From assembly GCF_006345805.1 (NCBI RefSeq), contig NC_043000.1:37572001-37636000 (forward strand): a DNA stretch of 64,000 bases. Direction: 5' to 3'. Both the position numbers and the translations under genes were made by a program. Positions 1-15,196 of this stretch are shown in pieces. The notes beneath the pieces are model-generated. The model was given only the letters and a program-made list of their open reading frames with translations. It was not told where the DNA came from and ran no database searches. Origin of the DNA: Octopus sinensis. Its lineage: Eukaryota. The first letter of the stretch is position 1, and every line of letters begins with the position of its first letter.

Positions 1-565
1 TGTGTGTGTTTGTGTGTGTGTGTGTGTGTGCACGCAATTTCAAAAACATTTGTAAATGTACATATTTATAAAACAATGCATATATATATGCATATGCTTT
101 TATGCATTTATTTCTATATTTGTGCAAATATTCACATTTAGTTACATTAAGAATACCCAATGAATAACATGTCCAAAGCTGGATTCATCAAATGCTACAG
201 AAAATTAGCATTATATTTAAACAAAATAGATTTGCATATTAATAATGATGGTCTAAGATATTAGTTTGCATTCATAAAATTATTATGATGATACTCAAAT
301 ATCTGAAATGCTTATTGTATTTATGTCACACAAATTGATTTGCATGACATATTTCAGTATTGGTAAAATAGTTGGAGCACAAAATTATGAACTGAAATAT
401 ATTATAGAAAATATAGTCTAATTAATATATAAATGCTCTGTCTTAGAATACATATCAGCTACTGAATATTTATTGAGTATGTTTTTGAGAAGTGTTTATT
501 TGAAACTCATTATAGCTTATTGTTTTCTGGCTGTAATGCATAAATAAATATATACATATACAAAC

Positions 566-631
<66 letters not shown>

Positions 632-661
632 ATATTTGTAATATAATATACATCATACATT

Positions 662-696
<35 letters not shown>

Positions 697-2521
697 TAAT
701 ATATATTTGTATGTAAAAGTATATGTATAAAATTCTGTCCATTTGTTGATAGGATGACCAAAAAAAAGCATTTAATTCAGTAGGTAATAAATATCATTCA
801 GTGAATATACAAGTTATATGTGAGGTTTTCAAATTTCATGCTTGATTAACACAGTAACTAGGTGGGAATGTATAGCATACCATGCACAGTCTAGCAACTA
901 TTCAGGCTAAACAGACAAATAGACAGACACACACACGCATGTAGCTTGTTTTCAAACTTAGATTTCCACTCAGCATGTCTACTAGATTATGCCATCACTT
1001 CTTATGAATTTGTAGACTGGCAAAAAACATGCCGGTATCTATTGATTTGTATAATTGTATACATATACAAATGATTATATTGATGTGTGTATGTTTTGTG
1101 CACGTAATGATTGAAAATGCAAATGAGCTTGATGTTGATGGTGGTTGTAATTGATGCTAATAATGGTGATGGCCATAATGATAGAATAGACTTTGGCAAA
1201 CTCTGAACTTACTGAGCTTGGAGCCAAATAAGTACAAGTCATTTTGGAGGAGAATTTCATTGTCTTATCAACTTCATCAAAATCAAATTGCTATCATCTT
1301 TAAGTGTTTCAATTAATTCTTGAACTACTTTTAAGAGCTATTTAGTACATTTATCCTTATTACTACTGTTGTTGGCATTTTCAATTTGTTTTGTGGTTCT
1401 TAGTGTTCCTAAATGCATTTTCCCACTTTATTTTCTACTGAGAACCAGAGCATTGTAATTAATTCAAATATTTTGGAAATATATTCTTCAATAAACCAGG
1501 ACATACATAAATGATTGCGAAGCTGCAGACCTGGCATTACTGAACTATTAAGCATAGACTTAGGAATATCTATCTATCAATCTCTTCCCCCCACCTCCCA
1601 TCCCTCTTTCTGTCCATATTATTTAATTTCATTTATATAGCTTTCTCTGTAAGGAATTCTTATCAGATGTTGAATGGCGATTTCCTTTGATTCTGCATCT
1701 GTCAATACTATCCTATCTTTTGGAGGTACCATATACTATGATGCTTCATAAGAAAATATGATAATTAAATATGGTTGCTTGTTAACAAACTAGAGAGCGG
1801 TCATCAGTAAAATCCTTGATAATTATAAGGAAGATTACAAAATAAAAAAAAGCTAAAAAAGAAACAAAGCCAAACTAAAAACTGTTATATAAAAAAGCTA
1901 TTATATAGATAAAACAGTTAATTTATAATTCATGCCACGGAACCTGAGTAGATAATTCCTCAATACAAATATCTTATTTGTATCTAATTCTTATGGCATT
2001 TTATCTTGAACTTGTTTGACAGCTGACTGCTTCAAGGTAACAGCAAACTTTACTACTGTTTAAATAAAAAGCAACACAATTTTCTGTTGTGAATAATAAT
2101 CTTCAATTTTTCTGATTGTGATCAAGCTTAGTGATGGTGAGGATGCAGCAAAATCCTCCTGCTTGTATTCAAAGCATGGCATAATTCCAGATTCAGGTTT
2201 TGTAAGCCTCTAAATTTTTGATACCTTAGCAACTTTTCTTTTTATGAGTTTATTACATGTTGATCACCAAAATAATTTAATGACTCAAAGATCAACAAAA
2301 TATTTTTTAAAATGCTCTCTCTGTATGTGTGTGTGTGTGTTTGTATATATATATATATATATACAGATATACAATTATATGTACACATAGAGATACATAC
2401 TTATATAAATATATGTGTGTGTATATGTATGTATATATATATATATTTGTACATACATATAGATATATTTGTGCATATATATATATATATATGCATGTAT
2501 ATATATATATATATATATATA

Positions 2522-2567
<46 letters not shown>

Positions 2568-2573
2568 TATATA

Positions 2574-2624
<51 letters not shown>

Positions 2625-2713
2625 TGCATGTATGTATGTATGTATATATATACATAGTTCAAATTTACAGAAAACAAAAGATGAAGACAGGATGCTCGGG
2701 AAGAGTGGTAAAG

Positions 2714-2750
2714 TTTTTGATGTTTCGAGCCTACACTCGTCATCAGAAAG
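2714..2750 (-). ncRNA. Degenerate minimal hammerhead motif (family B) in a Penelope-like tail remnant spanning ~2650-2830
   Basis: Minus strand reads CTTT-CTGATGA-C-GAG-TGTAGG-CTC-GAAAC-ATC-AAAA. The core is intact, stem II is 3 bp, and G16.2 has changed to A (CpG decay). The same family recurs at 62413-62450. Confidence 0.55.
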
Positions 2751-2842
2751 TGTTGGGAGAAAGAAATGGAGAGAGAATGAAAAAAACAGTGAGAGAAAAA
2801 ATGTGTAGAGAATAACGGTTCAACATGATATATGAGTGTATG

Positions 2843-2889
<47 letters not shown>

Positions 2890-4147
2890 ATATGAAAGTA
2901 TATATACACTCATATACACACACATGTAACAGATATATCATTAATAGACTTAGAAATGATTTGTGAATATTATATCAACTATATGTAAAAGAAAAAACTA
3001 ACTGATATAATGTAGATCCATTTGTACGATTTCACCATAGAAAAAATATACAGAAACAAAATGATAGAGACAAGAATCATACTGAACACATGCTTGTACA
3101 ACACAGTCATGTATGGAATATTAAAACTGACTGTTGTAACATGGAGCTAAGTAACAACAAGATAGAAGCATGTCTATATTTTTGTGCATGCACATCCATG
3201 TAGAAATAATACTTTGCTAGAATTGATTTTCAGACATTTCTTAGAAGAACATTCAATAAAAAAAACCAGTAGAAAAACAATTGTTATGCCAACAATAATA
3301 GGTTATTTTAAACTTTGGCAATTTTGAAACAATGTCTTGTTCTATCGGTTCTTTATCCTGTATAATTTATTTAATATAACAACTATATGTTGGATGTCAC
3401 TTTTGAAGAATTTCTTTAAATTAGCTGGGTTATTTGGCCACAAAATCAGGCAACATTTTTATTGTGGATTAGAACCTTTCTACTAGTTAACTTTGTATAA
3501 GGCATAGGACAAATAAGAAGCTAAAAAAACTAGTTTCCACATGTCTTTTGCTGTTAAGATTGTGTGCCCTTCACATGACATGCTTTTCAAAGTCTTGTTT
3601 TACACTGATCTATTTTCATCATAGAAGAAATGTTGAAAGCAATAGAAAACTGAAAATGAAAATATTCCAAATTTACATTTATTTAAAAGCTAACAAGAAT
3701 CTTCTTATCTGAATGCCATTAAAAAAAATCAATGTTATAAAATGTGAAAGAGAGATCAATAAGTATTTATATGTGGACACACACTTACATATACACACAT
3801 GCAGACATAAACACATACATTCACTGAATATCATTGACAAGTAAGTTTGTCCGTATTTATTGCATTAAACTTGGTTGATGTAAAATAATGTTATCAAATG
3901 AACTTTGATCTCAAAAGGAAAACTACAACTGCAAAAAGAACTCATCTCAAAATGTGATCACCAATGTCTATGCAAGTGTGATTAGCACTACAATAGCTAC
4001 ACATCATCATCACTATCAGCAGTATTCCCACCATCAGCATTACCATAATTACGGGATTGTTTAATTTTATTATATATTTTAAATTATAGTGAAAGATTCA
4101 AGACAGTTTAATTTCTTGGCATTCTCTTTCTAATAATAATAATAATA

Positions 4148-4199
<52 letters not shown>

Positions 4200-5899
4200 C
4201 TATTGCTTCTAATTTAGGTATCATTATACACACTGTTCAACTAGGTAAAACTTGCAACCTATGACAATATCATTTGTGTCTAAAGTTTAAAGATGAATAT
4301 GGGGATATTTGATATATTTCTGATGTAGACAATCAATAGTAGTCATCAGTAGGAAAAATAGTTAATAAAATAAATTAAATCAGCTTATTAACAGTTGACA
4401 AGCTGATTATAATATTGCCAATGATGGACTACATCAAAGATTCACTAAATAATTTTAATCATATCAAGAGTCAACTTATGCCTTTGGGATCTTCCCTAAA
4501 GAGTCAACAGTTTGTGTTCTGTTACCAGTGCTGTACTGTGTCCATGGCCAAGACAAAAATAATTCTTGATGATTCAGTTCGCCAAGCTATAAAATGGTAA
4601 CTGGTTATAAAGCAGTGTATAATAAAAAAATAATTTTAACTTATATATGCTGGTTTTAACTTTTTTTTTAAACCCAAAGCAGGCAACAAAAAAATCATTT
4701 CATTGTACTTTTGTTTAGAGATACCAAAATTGGCCAATTCATTTGTCACTCTGCTTTCAAAGGGATAGAAAACAAAAAGAAGAGATGACTTTAAAAAAAT
4801 AACTGAAAAAAATACTCAGATTGGATGTGATCCTATTAAAGCTTGACTAAAAATAATTCCATTAGTCTTTATTTGTGTCTAAACATTAAGAGATTATCAA
4901 CGCAGCCAAAATATGAATCACTCTCGGCCATTTTAATCTATTCTGAAAATCAGACGTCAAATTAAGAAACCAGATTTTGACAAATGTCAGATACAGATTA
5001 ACAAAATAAAAATGTCTATTTTCTTCTCTTTATTGTTCATATCAACCTCTGTTTCTTTCAAATTGAGAGAATCAAATTTTGCTAGCATTTTGAGCTATTA
5101 AATATACATTCTTTATTAGCTTATCAACTGATTAGCAGAAAACATGCTGGTGTTATAACTGTTCGTTTGTAATTTCCTGACTAAATCTGTAAATTTTTTA
5201 AAATTCCATCACTCTTATTACGATAACAAATAACAATCATGATCATTAACAAAATGATTACCATCAAAATAATTATTTTCTTCATTTTCACTGTTATCAT
5301 TATTATCATCACTCTTTTCCTTCACTAAAATTGAAAAGATGAAACAATGACAACACTACAACAAAACCCAAACATTACTATCGGCCTTATTATACTTTTG
5401 TTCTCTCCTTTCATAGTTATTCAAAGCAATTATGTATATTATCTTTTCCATTGATCATTTACATGATAATAATAATCTGTACTATATTAATAATGACGAT
5501 AAAAATAGTAAGATAATGATTATAAGGATTTGAATAGACATAAGGCCATTTCAAAGAGAAGGTTTATATTTGATTGAATTGATAACAGTATCTTACTAGC
5601 ACTTATTGACCCCTAAGGGATGAGTGGTAATATTGACCTATTCATGAATTCGACTCAGAACAATTAACCATCAAGCTTGAATATGTTTAATTCCCATCAA
5701 ATTGAAAATTCTAATAATAATAAATCAAACATCATTAAAACCAATGTAACAAATGATCAAAACCTCATATATGTGTGTTTGTGTGTGTATGTATGTGTAT
5801 GTGTATATATACATACACACACACATATATATATACATATTTATATATATATGCACACATATATTTATATGTATGCATAAGTGTGTGTATGTGTGCATA

Positions 5900-5931
<32 letters not shown>

Positions 5932-7399
5932 TGTGTGTGTGCACTTGTATGACCAAAATCTGATAGTCGATAGTTTAACCTAAATATTAAAGAAAAAACA
6001 AAAGTGACACACAGTACTATATGTATCCAAGGTACACAGAACTATGTTTGGTGGTGTGGGGAAAGCATGCAATAAAAATAAGATCACTAAAATTAAAAAC
6101 GTAATTTCTTTTATTTTTCAATAATAATCCATTCATACACACAACAGCTTAGTGTTACACAAAATGGGAAAAGTACATATAGAATTAAATGAACGATGTG
6201 CTGTGGACAGAAGACTTTATATAATACATTACAATGTATTTACATTTTTTAATTAAACAAATAACTAAATGTATATACTCAGACATACACACACACACAA
6301 ATATAATTGAATGATATTAAAATTAAAATAGAGAAGCAAAGACAACTCACCCCATTGCATACAAGTGGTCAGGATTGATTAGGGTACCCAATCCCTGAAA
6401 CCATCTTTTGATTCCATGTTCTCTGTGTCTAGTTACTGAAAATGGATGCTCTACAATAACTTGTTAGCAAGCCTGAGTTGTTAAACAGAATAAGGAAGTG
6501 CCCTCATCCTTTTAGTGGTTAAGGTATAACAGTTCATGGTCCTGTAAGTTGGTTTTCATTTGCAGCCTCTTGCTTGAATGCTCCACATAATCAGGGCCCA
6601 TCTCTCTACAAATCTGCACTTGTTCTTTTCCTAAGTCTTCTTGCAGTTAATTTAAATTGACCAACAGTAGGTTGTTTGTTACTCAAAGCAACTTGAAATT
6701 TGTAACTTTTCAAAAGGAAATAGGTTCCTTTTTGTACAGTATGATCATTTTTTCTTTAGGTTCTTTTCTTCATTTTACTCAATTGTCCTTGACTATTTTC
6801 CACTCATGCTTGTTTCTATGTGCTCCTCTTGGTGACAAAATAAAGGCATAGTACTATTGGTTGTACACGGAAGAAGGGGAACCATAGTTGTCTGCTTTTT
6901 GTATTCAGAAAAAGATGATTTCTTTCATTATGCTTGAAGCTGTAACTGATGTGGCCAGTGGTTGCTGGAAAGGGCAGTTTCTGGGACTTGCTGTTATTGT
7001 TGTTGCCTGTGCTATTGCTTCCTTTCTCTCTTTTTGTCTTCTTTTCCAGTTCCCTTATGCAGAAAACCCTCTTATGTTTGTTATTACCACCTGAGTAACA
7101 GCTGATCTTCTGCCCTACACCACTAGTGTTATTCATTTTCTTTCTGCAGCCACACTAAGGTACCAAATAATATGAAACATACTGACACTTTCTAACGATC
7201 ACAATATAAATTTTAAAAAGGGTAAAGTCAAACTGATAGACAAACATTTTAGAGAATAAATTTGTTTCTGAGATTTTGGACAAAATAAGAGGTGATAAAA
7301 AATAAAACCCCTTTAAGGAAAAATATTCAATGTCACAAAAATACCCAGGAATAAATCAAACAAGACCAGAAGCCAGACAATAATGGCCCTTTAAATTAT

Positions 7400-9067
7400 T
7401 TACTAAATTTTAGTTAAAGGTACTCAGTATGTTGACATGAAATAACCAGTCTGTTTAACATTGAACACAGAATGGTTTACTGAGAGGTACTCAACCATAA
7501 TATCTAAAAGTGAGATTTCAAATACATTCTCAATTATCGACTCAAATTCTTTGAAAACTCTTATATCTATAGATACTCTCAATAAATAAATAAAGAAAGA
7601 AAGAAAAAAGAAAGAAAAATACAAAAATAGAAGTTTAAATCAAGTGTTTGGTATATTGTTATGACTGCAAAGATCAAATACTGTCAACAAATATAACTGA
7701 AGGAATCAGGAATAGCACAAAAATATTCAAGAATGGCATAGTTAGTAACTAAGCCATTTCATCCATGGATTCAGGAAGCACAAACTACTGCCAGTCATAA
7801 CTAGATAAACCAAACAATCCAAAAGAAAGTAAAGAATAATGATAGATCTACACAAAAACTATGAATTTCTAAAAACTTAGCCAAGCTTCATCATTTCATT
7901 ACTAACATTATAAGACGGTTACTTCTCTCCACCCCTTCTATACCTTATATCATCTTTGACTCTCTTATAACATCTACAATTAGCATGGTTTATCATATTA
8001 GCCAAGGCTGATAACAGATACAGTAGTTAGGATATTTTCCTTAAAAGACTGAAACAGAAAATCAACTAGGAGTATTACATAGATATTAAATCAATATTAA
8101 GTATGAAATTAAACACTAGAAATAGGCTAGTGGTTACTAGAAAATTTTAAAATACATCGTGGTTAAAGAAATAAATTGGAAAATAAATTAAACAGACATT
8201 TCACAGGCTATACTTACCGTGTTTTGCGATAGTTAAAAAATTGTTATAAAGAACCAAAAATATTTTTTAAATGAAAACCCATCATGGAGGAGCTGGGTTG
8301 ATGGATATCAAAAGTTTCTAGAATAAGAGTATGAGAAGCCAAGAGAAAATATTTGCTGGTAAAAATAACATTAAACTAGGAAAAAAAGATCTGCCATAAT
8401 GTTGAGATTAAAAATATACAATCAAAAATATTGGCTGCTCAGATTTAGTTAAAACTGAGTATATCAATATAAGCACAATGTAGTTGGTAGCTATAGAAAA
8501 CAGATAGTCTTGTACAGATCACAAACTGTTTAGTTGTTTGTGATTTACATGTATATATATATATGAAAAATATATTTACAAATAACAAAAAAAAAGAAAA
8601 CTCACAAAAAACAACAACAAAAATAAAATAAATAAAAATGAGATTGTTAAAGATCGCAGAAACAAAAAGATATTTAATATTAGCAGCTGAATGCATATAT
8701 CTTCATGGAAGAATTAAAAAAATTATCTAAGCAAAAATTAAAAAAAAACTGAATAGATTATTTACAATTCAGGAATTGAAAAACAAAAAAAAACCTCCAA
8801 ATAACTAAGAAAATTTATTGATACAAATATACAAGTAGTCAAAACATCAGGACTTCTTCCAGCATTGTTATGGACAGAGCACACCTGTTATACAATGGAA
8901 ATATCCTTAAAACATAAATACTTAGGCAAACACATACACAAATGAGTAAACATTAAAAAAAGGGTAAAACGAAAACAAGGAATATAGTTGAACCACAATA
9001 CATAAGGTTGCTGGTACTATACTGAACAACAACAATGACAGCAGCAGCAGCAATAATAATAATAATA

Positions 9068-9099
<32 letters not shown>

Positions 9100-9100
9100 C

Positions 9101-9139
<39 letters not shown>

Positions 9140-9200
9140 GTAATAATAATAATGATCATAATGATAATAATAATGATGATGATGATGATAATAATAATAA
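7400..9200 (+). mobile_element. Heavily decayed R4/Dong-like LINE remnant ending in a (TAA)n/(GAT)n tail
   Basis: Stop-ridden translations SPPLLYLISSLTLL...KQKIN*EYYIDIK (~7930-8100) and HHGGAGLMDIK (~8280-8310) resemble the RT motifs SPLLF...KINHLFYMDD and GGRGLIDI. A (TAA)n tail lies at ~9050-9200. Confidence 0.35.
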
Positions 9201-10797
9201 TGAGATTAATTTAAGAAGTTGTCTAATATACAAAATGAAATTTCTGTTAAGAGCGTTGATATTTTAGATAAACTCACATGCAATGCTAAATATTATAATT
9301 TAAATTTTTCATTATTTCAGAGTGGTTTATAGTTTTATTTATGAGAATAATACACTTACTTAAAAGCTGCAAGTAAAATATCTGATCATGAAGAGAATAT
9401 TAGAAATGGAACAATGAAGGATATTCGTTAGCATTAATCATAAAAATAAGTTCAAAAATGAAAAATAAAGCACATTCAAAAAAGGATATTTAAAAAATAT
9501 CAGGAATATTGTTATCAGCAATAACAAAAACAATAACAACAAACAAATCAATAATAATTGTTAAGAAACCAAATTTTGAGATTTAAACAGTAATTTTAAA
9601 AGAAACAAAATTTAAAATTCAATTAAAATAAAACAGCAGTAAAATATAGCAATAGCTGTATAGTATAGTATTGAAAATATATTTAATGCGGTCGTTGGTT
9701 ATGGCCAGTCAGGAAGTTACCATTGGTTTCACACTTGTGCTTTTGCCAATATAGGCAATACCTCAGACCTACAGGCTGGAGGCACATAACCTTTAAAAGC
9801 ATTGAAAATATACATATATAACATGAAACATGGTAAACAGTACATATTAATAACAGTACAAATGAAACACCAGTATCCATGTCCACAAATTGATCAAATG
9901 ATGATCCCCACCCAACACCTCTTTCACACACAAACATACACACATGGATATATACACGTATACACATGCAGGCATACATACAGAGACCACATACACACTC
10001 GTACCCACACACGCAAACAAACACCACACACACAGAGGCACACATTTTATCAACAATAATAGTATAATTGATCATCAGAATTGATGCGATGTGTGATGTT
10101 TAACTGAGAAACCAAAATGTGTTCAAATACACTGTTTTAAAAAAAAATTTATTCAAACTATTTGCAGAACATTTCTGTCTTATCATTCTCTCTATTTTTT
10201 TTTTTCTAATTATAATGTCATATTTTATAATATTCACTCTTTTATTTAAATATTTTTTCTTTCTTTTTTTTTTTCTGGATTTCTTCAATAATATGTAAAT
10301 ACTGATTTTTTTCATGTCATCTTCTTTTAACTGCTTGGTTGGAGACAGAACCAGAAGGTCTAAAAAGTTAACACTGTTATATAAGGTTCTGTTTCTTCTT
10401 CATCATTGTGTCATATTTATACATCTCAACAACACCTTCCCCGCACCCTCTATCACTTTATCAAGGAGCTTCACTCGTATCCTCCTACAATGTAGATATT
10501 CCCCACCCTCACACACACACTCACACACACATATGCGCACACACACACACATATACATATATGTATATATATATGTGCGTATATATATATTTATATATAT
10601 ATATGCATCTGTATATGTATATATGTATATGTCTGCATATATATATATATACATACATATACATATATATAGATATAAATATATATAAATATATATATAT
10701 ATACACATACATACATACATACAGATATATACATACATGTATATATATATTTATATGTATGTGTATACATGTATATATATATATATAAATATATATA

Positions 10798-10838
<41 letters not shown>

Positions 10839-10854
10839 TATATGTAGATATATG

Positions 10855-11032
10855 TATATATATGTGTGTATGTATAATTGATTCATAGATAGTGTGCTAA
10901 GTAGAGTAGATAGAATTTTATTAGCTTTATATTAGTATGAAGTATATATAATATAATATGTATATATGTACGATGTGTGTGCGTGTGTGTGTGTGTGTGC
11001 TTGAACGTATAAAAAATCAAGAGGCAAAGAAA

Positions 11033-11107
<75 letters not shown>

Positions 11108-11511
11108 TAGGTTCAGATAAACAAAAAAACCAACAAAAACTACTTTTACCTTCCATAATAGTGCCATCATTTTGCAATGCATGACAGCAAAATGTCTCAC
11201 CAAAAGAAATTTTAACTTGTAAGTATACTTTTATATATTTTTTTAGATTTCTTTTTACTTTTGCTGTTTTTATTTCAATCAAACTCATGAATTATTATAT
11301 AATTTATGTAAATTATCTACCTACCTACATATATGTATATATATGTGTGTATGTATAATTGATTCATAGATAGTGTGCTAAGTAGAGTAGATAGAATTTT
11401 ATTAGCTTTATATTAGTATGAAGTATATATAATATAATATGTATATATGTACGATGTGTGTGCGTGTGTGTGTGTGTGCTTGAACGTATAAAAAATCAAG
11501 AGGCAAAGAAA

Positions 11512-11596
<85 letters not shown>

Positions 11597-11826
11597 GTTC
11601 AGATAAACAAAAAAACCAACAAAAACTACTTTTACCTTCCATAATAGTGCCATCATTTTGCAATGCATGACAGCAAAATGTCTCACCAAAAGAAATTTTA
11701 ACTTTGTAAGTATACTTTTATATATTTTTTTAGATTTCTTTTTACTTTTGCTGTTTTTATTTCAATCAAACTCATGAATTATTATATAATTTATGTAAAT
11801 TATCTACCTACCTACATATATGTATA

Positions 11827-11830
<4 letters not shown>
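10855..11830. repeat. Near-identical tandem duplication, ~485-bp unit x2
   Basis: 10861 and 11342 start the same sequence (tatgtgtgtatgtataattgattcatag). The copies differ in the (GA)n tract and by one extra T (aacttgtaag vs aactttgtaag). Confidence 0.95.
11162..11218 (+). CDS. Possible 57-nt internal exon of an unidentified gene (AIILQCMTAKCLTKRNFN)
   Basis: Acceptor acttttaccttccataatAG and donor CTT/GTAAGT, with one open frame. The phase is compatible with 12372-12397. No homology recognised. Confidence 0.25.
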
Positions 11831-11891
<61 letters not shown>

Positions 11892-12371
11892 TGTGCATAC
11901 TTATGTACATACATATGAACATATGTGCTCATTCAGGAACATTTATGCATGCGCACACAAGAATTTACAAGTACCAAAATAATAAATATGCAGTACACAC
12001 ACACCTTAATTGTCTAAGTTGGTCACAGAATATATCTCCCTTGTCTTATTCTGGCCACGTCATATAGATGTTCTTGGCAAATGCATACCAATAATATTTG
12101 ACTCCTAAAACATTCACAAAGACATACATTTGTATGTAGACTTATAAGTAGTATAATATTGCCTGAAGTAAATTGGTAGAGCTGATACTAATCATATAAA
12201 AGATTACTAAAGAGTAGAAATTCTAGTAGCCACAGGAATTAGAGATGATAGGAGTCAGCAGGAAAGGGCTGCATCTGAAATGGCAGATGATCTCCTCCCC
12301 ATGACAAATTAACTTATTCACCTTGGTGAACTTGTATAATAGTGTATCATTTAATTTCTTCTACTTTTAAG

Positions 12372-12397
12372 ATTTGGTTTAAAAGTTTGGACTTGTG
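12372..12397 (+). CDS. Possible 26-nt micro-exon (FGLKVWTC)
   Basis: Acceptor tttaatttcttctacttttaAG and donor GTG/GTGAGT. The phase links 11218 to 13103. Confidence 0.25.
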
Positions 12398-13102
12398 GTG
12401 AGTCATCTCCAAAACTTACAAGTAAAGTACAAAAAGAAATGTTTGAAAATATGAGTACTAACTTCATTGCTGGGTGTGAGCAGAGTTAAGTGCCTTTATG
12501 AAGGACACATAAGAACATTGCTTATGGTAAAATATAAATTCTTAGTCCAAAAGTCTGATACTTTATCTATCAACTCACCCATGTACATTATTTACATTCA
12601 CAAATGAATATACATATACACACATGCATAGAGAAACCTGGGAGATGTGTATGTGTGTGTGTGCATGCATCTATAAATATATAAATATATATTATGTAGG
12701 TATACATACATACATGCATACGTATACATGGACATATATATGTGTCTGTGTGTGTGTGTATATATGTATATAAGTATATATATGTATATAAGTATATATA
12801 TGTGTAATATATTGAGTTTTAAGAATCTCTCAGGATATTATTTATGAAGTATTAATATCAGTTACATTGGCAATATTATGGAATTCCTTTTTCCTTTATT
12901 TTATATATAAATAAATTGCATTGTAGGTTATCTGATTTTGACACTGATTTATAATTACACTAGAAGAGCAACACTGAAGTATGTAAGTGAAATAAGCTGA
13001 AGATATAGATGAAAAAAATATAATTATATAGAGTTTTGATCAATGTATATTTCATTTCCTCAAATTATGTTTTCTTTTGGGGGTCTTTTTTTTTTTTTGT
13101 AG

Positions 13103-13201
13103 GACCAATTCAGGATTGGAAATCAACCATATGTATTATGAAAGTATATGTGGATGCTGTTACAAATGACCGTTGGGAAATGTGTAAAGAGTGTGTAACT
13201 G
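13103..13201 (+). CDS. Possible exon (PIQDWKSTICIMKVYVDAVTNDRWEMCKECVT)
   Basis: Strong acceptor (T-run followed by GTAG) and an open frame; the donor is ambiguous. Confidence 0.25.
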
Positions 13202-13718
13202 GTTACTCATTTTTAATCCTCTTTCAAATGGCATCTCTGTCTGCATCTGCATCTATTTAAATAATACGTATGTATCTTCATAATGAATTGTTCTTAAAAG
13301 ATATGCTGGTCAAGTACCCATTACACCTGTATGCATAAAGATAATGTTACATAAATCAGTATATTCACATATGGCTGTATATGTTCTGAAATATAGGCAA
13401 GCATTTATAAAGTCATATATATTCATATATATATATGTGTGTATGTATGTATATATATATATATATATCACTTTTTTAAAGTTATCTCTTCAGATCACAT
13501 TGTTTACATAGACATATTCGAATACATAACGTTGTAACTTTCAGTCTGGCTCTAATTTCTATAGGAAATTCTGTAGAGATAGCTTTAAGAAGTGATTGAA
13601 TTGCACTGCTAACACAGGTAGGACACAGTATTGACATATAAACCTTTAATATACTTGATATTATATTATGGTTGCCAAACAAAATGCAGTGTTCCTTCCA
13701 ACTATTAATACGTATATA

Positions 13719-13759
<41 letters not shown>

Positions 13760-14636
13760 TATATATATTATATATATAAATATATATATATATATAATAT
13801 ATATATATATATAAATATACATATATATACACACACATATATATATGTATGTATGTATGTTTGTATGTATATATGTATGTATACACCCACACGCACATGC
13901 ATATATGCTAAAATCATTTATCATTAAAATACATGTGCGTATCAATAAAAGTTAAATTTTTCTGGAGTACCAGGTGTCCTATTCCTGGGTATGTATACAA
14001 ACACACAGACACACTCACATGGTCTGGATTTGAACACATAAACTATATTTTTTGAATTATGAAATAAAGGTTCTAAGTAAAAATCTAGCCTGTACCCTGT
14101 ACAAATCCAGGAGTAGGATACTTGAAGACAGTCACAGATGGAACCAATAAAAATGTCTAAATGAATACTCAAAACATTTGGTTAACTGTCCAGAAGATTT
14201 TAATTCTTGATAATTCATCCTAGAGTCTAGACGAATAATATGAGTGTCTCTATGTTGGTGTGTGTGTGTGTGTTGTGTGTGTCACTTGCTGTGTACATAA
14301 CATTTATGGTATTATATCATTGGTTTAACAAATATTTTCCCATGGTTGCCTTGGTTTGACATACACAAAACAGATATGTATACATAAAGCTATCATGCAG
14401 ATACAACTACCTTTAACTGCACATATACATACCATACCTACATACCTACCTATATATATATATATATGTAGGTATATATAATATATATATATGTGTGTGT
14501 GTGTATAAAATATGCATATATTTATCAACATATATGTCACTTTCTATATATGTAATTATATGTAGATCCATTAATATATGCATTTATGTGTATAAATACA
14601 TGTATGTATGTGTAAGTATATGCATATATATATATT

Positions 14637-14678
<42 letters not shown>

Positions 14679-15142
14679 TGTATCTAATATGTACATGCTC
14701 ACTCACATACAGATGTGCACATACAAACATATAACCACAAATAAATTATATATATATATATGGGTGTAGGTAGATAAATGAATTTATAGATATAATGATG
14801 ATAGAATATGCTTTCATGGTGCATGTCTCAGTGTTTACAGAGGTACTTGGTTGTTCCTATATTAGAGTATATCGCCTTACAACTAGAAATGACTGGGAAT
14901 TTTGGCAACAGCCTGGCTTAAGAATCTGCCATAATACTATGAAATTCCTGAATCATTAAGTTACTTCCAATATCATACAAAGATACATATATATAAATAT
15001 ATAAATATATATATATCAATAGAGTGTCTTCTTGTTATTTCTTAATGTAAGAATTCACTATGTATTGTTCATAGTAGAATTTTGCAGAACATTGTATCAG
15101 ATATAAGAAACATAATGATGTTTACATGTGTAGTTAGTATAT

Positions 15143-15196
<54 letters not shown>

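Noticed and set aside
753-3301. Additional plus-strand micro-exons (753-783, 1016-1034, 1641-1725, 2023-2036, 3234-3301)
   Set aside because: The phases can be chained, but donors are weak and such chains arise easily by chance in AT-rich DNA.
6345-7160. Minus-strand coding exon (GC-richer block ending at a GTGAG donor)
   Set aside because: All three frames contain stops. It is more likely an old TE fragment of unknown class, and the VEHPF resemblance to transposases is too short to trust.
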